From the sequence record MW883059: a stretch of 64,000 nucleotides of DNA; one strand, given 5' to 3'. Under the pieces are notes generated by a model that saw nothing but the letters and a program-made list of their open reading frames with translations, ran no database searches and was not told where the DNA came from. The position numbers and the translations under genes were made by a program. This DNA is from Escherichia phage vB_EcoM_SYGD1. Positions 57,890 through 64,000 of this stretch are shown one piece after another. How positions within the stretch are numbered: position 1 is the stretch's first letter; every line of letters begins with the position of its first letter.

Positions 57890-58807
57890 ATGGATTTAGA
57901 AATGATGCTGGATGAAGATTACAAAGAAGGAATCTGCTTAATTGACTTTAGTCAAATTGCACTTTCGACTGCTTTAGTAAACTTTCCAGATAAAGAAAAA
58001 ATTAATTTATCAATGGTTCGTCATTTGATATTGAACTCAATTAAGTTTAATGTCAAAAAAGCAAAAACTCTTGGATACACTAAAATTGTACTGTGTATCG
58101 ATAACGCAAAATCAGGATATTGGCGTCGTGATTTTGCTTATTACTATAAGAAAAACCGCGGAAAAGCACGAGAAGAATCTACTTGGGACTGGGAAGGTTA
58201 TTTTGAATCCAGTCATAAAGTTATAGATGAATTGAAAGCTTATATGCCATACATTGTTATGGATATTGATAAGTATGAAGCAGATGATCACATTGCTGTT
58301 CTTGTTAAAAAGTTCTCTTTAGAAGGACACAAGATTTTAATCATTTCATCGGATGGTGACTTTACTCAACTTCACAAATACCCAAATGTTAAGCAATGGT
58401 CACCGATGCATAAGAAATGGGTTAAAATTAAAAGCGGTTCTGCTGAAATTGATTGCATGACTAAAATTCTTAAGGGTGATAAAAAGGATAACGTCGCTTC
58501 AGTTAAAGTACGATCTGACTTTTGGTTTACCAGAGTTGAAGGCGAACGAACTCCTTCAATGAAAACATCTATTGTTGAAGCTATTGCTAATGACCGTGAG
58601 CAAGCTAAGGTGCTTCTCACTGAATCTGAATATAATCGATATAAAGAAAATTTAGTTCTAATTGATTTTGATTATATTCCTGATAATATTGCTTCAAACA
58701 TTGTGAATTACTATAATTCATATAAATTACCACCGCGTGGCAAAATTTATTCATATTTTGTAAAAGCGGGTCTTTCTAAATTAACTAATAGCATTAATGA
58801 ATTTTGA
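57890..58807 (+). CDS. rnh: RNase H (FEN-1-like 5'-3' exonuclease)
   Basis: MDLEMMLDEDYKEGICLIDFSQIALSTAL... matches T4 RNase H as I recall it; ATG at 57890 preceded by GAGG (the track start at 57875 is TTG). Confidence 0.85.
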   Translation: MDLEMMLDEDYKEGICLIDFSQIALSTALVNFPDKEKINLSMVRHLILNSIKFNVKKAKTLGYTKIVLCIDNAKSGYWRRDFAYYYKKNRGKAREESTWDWEGYFESSHKVIDELKAYMPYIVMDIDKYEADDHIAVLVKKFSLEGHKILIISSDGDFTQLHKYPNVKQWSPMHKKWVKIKSGSAEIDCMTKILKGDKKDNVASVKVRSDFWFTRVEGERTPSMKTSIVEAIANDREQAKVLLTESEYNRYKENLVLIDFDYIPDNIASNIVNYYNSYKLPPRGKIYSYFVKAGLSKLTNSINEF

Positions 58808-58815
58808 GGTGAATA

Positions 58816-59085
58816 ATGGCTAAAAAAGAAATGGTTGAATTTGATGAAGCTATCCATGGCGAAGACTTGGCTAAATTTATTAAAGAAGCATCTGATCATA
58901 AACTGAAAATTTCCGGTTATAATGAATTGATTAAAGATATTCGAATTCGTGCTAAAGATGAACTTGGTGTTGATGGTAAGATGTTTAATCGTTTATTAGC
59001 TTTGTATCATAAAGATAACCGTGATGTGTTTGAAGCTGAAACTGAAGAGGTAGTTGAACTTTATGACACAGTTTTCTCTAAATGA
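58816..59085 (+). CDS. dsbA: DsbA-like late-transcription dsDNA-binding protein
   Basis: 89 aa, the T4 DsbA size; position between rnh and 33. Confidence 0.55.
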   Translation: MAKKEMVEFDEAIHGEDLAKFIKEASDHKLKISGYNELIKDIRIRAKDELGVDGKMFNRLLALYHKDNRDVFEAETEEVVELYDTVFSK

Positions 59086-59401
59086 TATTCGTCCGGTCGA
59101 TGAGACCGGTCTTTCAGAAAAAGAACTTTCAATTAAGAAAGAAAAGGATGAAATTGCAAAACTGCTTGATCGTCAAGAAAATGGATTTATTATTGAAAAA
59201 ATGGTAGAAGAGTTTGGAATGAGTTATCTTGAAGCTACGACAGCATTCTTGGAAGAAAATTCTATTCCTGAAACTCAATTTGCTAAATTTATTCCTTCGG
59301 GTATAATTGAAAAAATTCAGTCAGAAGCTATTGACGAAAATCTTTTACGTCCTTCTGTTGTTCGTTGTGAAAAAACTAATACATTAGATTTTCTACTATG
59401 A
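59054..59401 (+). CDS. 33: gp33 late transcription co-activator
   Basis: 115 aa, acidic; position upstream of gene 59. Confidence 0.55.
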   Translation: MNFMTQFSLNDIRPVDETGLSEKELSIKKEKDEIAKLLDRQENGFIIEKMVEEFGMSYLEATTAFLEENSIPETQFAKFIPSGIIEKIQSEAIDENLLRPSVVRCEKTNTLDFLL

Positions 59402-60051
59402 TTAAACTCCGCATGCCTGCTGGTGGTGAAAGATATATTGATGGTAAATCAGTTTATAAATTATACTTAATGATAAAACAACATATGAATGGAAAGTATG
59501 ATGTAATTAAGTATAATTGGTGCATGCGGGTGTCTGATGCCGCTTATCAAAAGCGAAGGGATAAGTATTTTTTCCAGAAGTTATCAGAAAAATATAAATT
59601 AAAGGAACTTGCTTTAATCTTTATAAGCAATCTTGTTGCTAACCAGGATGCTTGGATTGGTGACATCTCTGACGCTGATGCACTTGTGTTTTATCGTGAA
59701 TATATCGGACGCTTAAAGCAAATTAAATTTAAGTTTGAAGAAGATATTCGCAATATTTATTATTTTAGTAAAAAAGTTGAAGTTTCTGCTTTTAAAGAAA
59801 TTTTTGAATATAATCCAAAAGTTCAATCAAGTTATATTTTTAAACTACTTCAATCGAATATAATTTCGTTTGAGACGTTTATCTTGCTTGATTCGTTTTT
59901 AAATATAATTGATAAACATGATGAACAGACTGATAATTTAGTCTGGAATAATTATTCTATAAAGTTAAAGGCTTATAGAAAAATTTTAAATATTGATTCG
60001 CAGAAAGCTAAAAGTGTTTTCATTGAAACTGTGAAATCTTGTAAGTATTAA
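59398..60051 (+). CDS. 59: gp59 helicase loader
   Basis: 217 aa, the exact T4 gp59 length; position upstream of gene 32. Confidence 0.75.
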   Translation: MIKLRMPAGGERYIDGKSVYKLYLMIKQHMNGKYDVIKYNWCMRVSDAAYQKRRDKYFFQKLSEKYKLKELALIFISNLVANQDAWIGDISDADALVFYREYIGRLKQIKFKFEEDIRNIYYFSKKVEVSAFKEIFEYNPKVQSSYIFKLLQSNIISFETFILLDSFLNIIDKHDEQTDNLVWNNYSIKLKAYRKILNIDSQKAKSVFIETVKSCKY

Positions 60052-60052
60052 T

Positions 60053-60685
60053 ATGAATATAGTATATTGGTTTACATTTGAAGACCGTATCAAAAATAAG
60101 ACTCCGCCGTACTACTATATCGGCAGTAAATTAAATTGCTCATTTGAGAATGGAATAATATATGACTCTTCCGGAAAGGAATACTGGAGTTCGTGTAAAC
60201 AAAAAAGATTTTTAAATGCGGTAATGCTTCAAAAACCGAGCGTTAAAATAATTCAAATTGATGATGATTTGGATGTTATTGAAGCAGAGCGAAAATACCA
60301 ACTTGAAGTAAATGCCAGAGATAATCCAGACTATTTTAATCTGGTATATGCCGGTGGCGGATTTGGTGTGAGTGGTGAAACTCATCCAGCCAAAGACCCG
60401 GAAGTTAGAGAGCATATGAGATTGGCTAATTATATGAACCGTGACGATTTTAGACCTTGGAAAACATCACGAGCTAATATAGAGTCTTGGAAATTATCTC
60501 ATATTGCTTACGAGAATTATGTGTTATTATTATCCTCTAATCTGTACGGTAAAACTCCTGGATGGCGAAGAGTTAAAGGTAATATAAATATAACTGATAC
60601 AACTGCTAAATCGATGGTAAAGTATTTCAATTCAGGTTGGATACCTCTCGAAGACCCAGAGTATTGCGAATTATGCCAGCTATGA
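60053..60685 (+). CDS. GIY-YIG homing endonuclease (SegG-like, between genes 59 and 32)
   Basis: 210 aa; IVYWFTF ... PPYYYIGSK; paralog of the endonuclease inside uvsX (shared NPDYFNL block). Confidence 0.7.
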   Translation: MNIVYWFTFEDRIKNKTPPYYYIGSKLNCSFENGIIYDSSGKEYWSSCKQKRFLNAVMLQKPSVKIIQIDDDLDVIEAERKYQLEVNARDNPDYFNLVYAGGGFGVSGETHPAKDPEVREHMRLANYMNRDDFRPWKTSRANIESWKLSHIAYENYVLLLSSNLYGKTPGWRRVKGNINITDTTAKSMVKYFNSGWIPLEDPEYCELCQL

Positions 60686-60735
60686 GGTAAAGTGTCATAG
60701 CACCAACTGTTAATTAAATTAAAAAGGAAATAAAA

Positions 60736-61644
60736 ATGTTTAAACGTAAATCTACTGCTGAACTCGCTGCACAAATGGCTAAACTGGCTGGAAATAAAGG
60801 TGGTTTTTCTTCTGAAGATAAAGGCGAGTGGAAACTGAAACTCGATAATGCGGGTAACGGTCAAGCAGTAATTCGTTTTCTTCCGTCTAAAAATGATGAA
60901 CAAGCACCATTCGCACTTCTTGTAAATCACGGTTTCAAGAAAAATGGTAAATGGTATATCGAAACATGCTCATCTACCTACGGTGATTACGATTCTTGTC
61001 CAGTATGTCAGTACATCAGTAAAAATGATTTGTACAATACTGACAATAAAGAGTACGGTCTTGTTAAACGTAAAACTTCTTACTGGGCTAACATTCTTGT
61101 TGTAAAAGACCCAGCTGCTCCAGAAAATGAAGGTAAAGTATTTAAATACCGTTTCGGTAAGAAAATCTGGGATAAAATCAATGCAATGATTGCAGTTGAT
61201 GTTGAAATGGGTGAAACTCCGGTTGATGTAACTTGTCCGTGGGAAGGTGCTAACTTTGTACTGAAAGTTAAACAAGTTTCTGGTTTTAGTAACTACGACG
61301 AATCTAAATTCCTGAATCAATCTGCGATTCCAAACATTGATGATGAATCTTTCCAGAAAGAATTGTTCGAACAAATGGTTGACCTTTCTGAAATGACTTC
61401 TAAAGATAAATTCAAATCGTTTGAAGAACTGAGCACTAAGTTCAGTCAAGTTATGGGAACTGCTGCTATGGGTGGTGCCGCAGCAACTGCCGCTAAGAAA
61501 GCTGATAAAGTTGCTGATGATTTGGATGCATTTAATGTTGATGACTTCAAAACAAAAACTGAAGATGATTTTATGAGCTCAAGCTCTGGCAGTTCATCTA
61601 GTGCTGATGACACGGACCTGGATGACCTTTTGAATGACCTTTAA
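60736..61644 (+). CDS. 32: gp32 single-stranded DNA-binding protein
   Basis: 302 aa; N-terminus [17 protein letters not shown], zinc-binding Cys/His residues, acidic Ser/Asp-rich C-terminal tail. Confidence 0.9.
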   Translation: MFKRKSTAELAAQMAKLAGNKGGFSSEDKGEWKLKLDNAGNGQAVIRFLPSKNDEQAPFALLVNHGFKKNGKWYIETCSSTYGDYDSCPVCQYISKNDLYNTDNKEYGLVKRKTSYWANILVVKDPAAPENEGKVFKYRFGKKIWDKINAMIAVDVEMGETPVDVTCPWEGANFVLKVKQVSGFSNYDESKFLNQSAIPNIDDESFQKELFEQMVDLSEMTSKDKFKSFEELSTKFSQVMGTAAMGGAAATAAKKADKVADDLDAFNVDDFKTKTEDDFMSSSSGSSSSADDTDLDDLLNDL

Positions 61645-61666
61645 TAGATTATATTACTAATTAATT

Positions 61667-61690
61667 GGGGACCCTAGAGGTCCCCTTTTT
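61667..61690 (+). terminator. intrinsic terminator (GGGGACC-CTAGAG-GTCCCC + T6)
   Basis: Stem-loop plus T-tract after gene 32. Confidence 0.6.
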
Positions 61691-61716
61691 TATTTCAAAA
61701 ATTTTTTCACAAAACG

Positions 61717-61746
61717 GTTTACAGGCATAAAGCTTTATGGTACTAT
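61717..61746 (+). promoter_or_regulatory. T4-type early promoter (GTTTAC-N18-TGgTACTAT) with conserved leader
   Basis: GTTTAC 61717-61722, TACTAT 61741-61746. Confidence 0.6.
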
Positions 61747-61789
61747 ACAACTATCGGCAATACTGCTGATGATTAAAGAGGAAAATAAC

Positions 61790-62017
61790 ATGGCTAAAAT
61801 TGATATTGATGTTGTTGATTTTGAATATATTGAAGAAATTATTCGTAATCGTTATCCTGAACTCCGTATTACAAGCGCACTAAATGACCCCAATTGCAAT
61901 GTTTCAGTTGTTATTGAAGGTCCTTTAAATCGTCTTAAACAATTTATGGTTAATGAATATTGTGACGGTATGGATGCTGAAGATGTAGAATTTTACACAG
62001 GATTTATTGAGCAGTAA
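61790..62017 (+). CDS. hypothetical small protein
   Basis: ATG at 61790 after GAGGAAAA; the track start at 61769 is in the leader. Confidence 0.4.
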   Translation: MAKIDIDVVDFEYIEEIIRNRYPELRITSALNDPNCNVSVVIEGPLNRLKQFMVNEYCDGMDAEDVEFYTGFIEQ

Positions 62018-62061
62018 TTATTAAGGGGCTATCAAGCCCCTATTAAAATGAGGAAAACACA

Positions 62062-62427
62062 ATGTATATTGGTAGAAAATATGAACTTGTTCCAAGACTT
62101 ATTGATACATTTATTAATTATCGCCCGCGTTCTAATTCATCAATAGTTAAAATTATTCGAGATAATGGCGGATGGTTTGAAGTTAAAGAAGCTTTCTCTG
62201 CTGATGGATTTAGAGTAATAAAACACATTAAATGCGCAAATGGAAAGCATTTTTACTTCAACGTCTGCGAAGACGAATTTCATTGTTTCCGCGAGTATAA
62301 AGAACCAACTTCTGAAGAAGATGAAGTCGAAGACAAGGTTTCTGGCGTAACAAAAATTCACTGCATTGTAGATGAAAACAATGTAGATGAAATCATTGAA
62401 CTTTTGCGAAAAACTTTCAAAAAGTAG
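62062..62427 (+). CDS. hypothetical protein
   Basis: 121-aa ORF with RBS GAGGAAA. Confidence 0.4.
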   Translation: MYIGRKYELVPRLIDTFINYRPRSNSSIVKIIRDNGGWFEVKEAFSADGFRVIKHIKCANGKHFYFNVCEDEFHCFREYKEPTSEEDEVEDKVSGVTKIHCIVDENNVDEIIELLRKTFKK

Positions 62428-62456
62428 TTTACATCAGGGTAGTAGTGTGATACTAT
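62427..62456 (+). promoter_or_regulatory. T4-type early promoter (GTTTAC-N18-TACTAT)
   Basis: GTTTAC 62427-62432, TACTAT 62451-62456. Confidence 0.5.
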
Positions 62457-62481
62457 TACCCTATCAACTAAGGAGAATAAA

Positions 62482-62724
62482 ATGAGATTACAACGCCAGA
62501 GCATCAAAGATTCAGAAGTTAGAGGTAAATGGTATTTTAATATCATCGGTAAAGATTCTGAACTTGTTGAAAAAGCTGAACTTCTTTTGCGTGATATGGG
62601 ATGGGAAGATGAATGCGATGGATGCCCTCTTTATGAGGATGGAGAAAGCGCAGGGTTTTGGATTTACCATTCTGATGTTGAACAGTTTAAAGCTGATTGG
62701 AAAATTGTGAAAAAGTCTGTTTAA
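62482..62724 (+). CDS. hypothetical small protein
   Basis: 80-aa ORF with RBS AAGGAG. Confidence 0.4.
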   Translation: MRLQRQSIKDSEVRGKWYFNIIGKDSELVEKAELLLRDMGWEDECDGCPLYEDGESAGFWIYHSDVEQFKADWKIVKKSV

Positions 62725-62734
62725 GGAAAATAAT

Positions 62735-63561
<827 letters not shown>

Positions 63562-63580
63562 AATAACGCGTGGCGGAAAT

Positions 63581-63928
63581 ATGAATTTTAATTATTACCC
63601 TATTCTATTAGAAAAAGACACGAAACAGCCAAAGTGGCAGGGTCCTCAGTTTATTAAAGGTGTCTATCAATTAGTAGTTCCTAAAGACAAGATTTATAGC
63701 AGTTGTTTCACTGAATCCGCTTGCAGTATTTTCGGTAATAGTTCTCCGTATTGGAATTTTGACATAAAGCTGGATAGAAATATCGATATTTGGTTGAAAG
63801 CTATGGATATTGGTAATATCATGTTTGATGAGAATAATTATCATATTATTGGTCGCTTTTCCAAACGTGGTAAAGAATTATATTTCACACCTGAAATTGA
63901 GAGAAAATTTGATGCTAAACCGTATTGA
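63581..63928 (+). CDS. hypothetical protein
   Basis: 115-aa ORF downstream of frd. Confidence 0.4.
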   Translation: MNFNYYPILLEKDTKQPKWQGPQFIKGVYQLVVPKDKIYSSCFTESACSIFGNSSPYWNFDIKLDRNIDIWLKAMDIGNIMFDENNYHIIGRFSKRGKELYFTPEIERKFDAKPY

Positions 63929-64000
63929 TTATTTAGCTTCATAAAATGTATTATAATTTATATAAGGTACTAAATGAAACAATACCAAGATTTAATTAAA

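Noticed and set aside
60212-61449. Minus-strand ORFs (67, 137 and 159 aa) overlapping the SegG-like gene and gene 32
   Set aside because: Antisense to well-supported genes including gp32, with no RBS; chance ORFs.

Overview
This window is a contiguous stretch of a T4-like (T-even, Tevenvirinae) myovirus genome, reverse-complemented relative to the conventional T4 map. I identified genes by recalling T4 protein sequences, sizes and gene order, and by reading motifs directly; no database search was possible. The plus strand carries the early/middle replication, recombination and host-takeover genes in order: alpha-gt (5' truncated), 47, 46, rpbA, 45, 44, 62, regA, 43, imm, 42, a glycosyltransferase, uvsX, 40, 41, dmd, sp, 61, 56, soc, modB/modA, dda, dexA, 39, rIIA, rIIB, denB, ndd, ac, 52, motA, arn, asiA, then rnh, dsbA, 33, 59, 32, frd. 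The minus strand carries holin t and long-tail-fiber genes 38, 37, 36, 35, 34. A fused 606-aa gp39, a Gly-rich gp38 adhesin and a non-T4 glycosyltransferase at the beta-gt position suggest a T2/T6-type phage rather than T4. The most striking feature is that uvsX is fractured: an N-terminal fragment ends in an intein N-half plus stop codon, a free-standing GIY-YIG homing endonuclease gene follows, and the C-terminal fragment begins with an intein C-half (a split-intein arrangement). The window holds six homing-endonuclease-like genes in total (two HNH, four GIY-YIG). It also contains many T4-type early promoters (GTTTAC-N17/18-TAnnnT), UUCG-tetraloop terminators, a repeated terminator-promoter-leader cassette, and late promoters (TATAAATA) for soc and the tail-fibre genes. 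I found no tRNA or CRISPR arrays.
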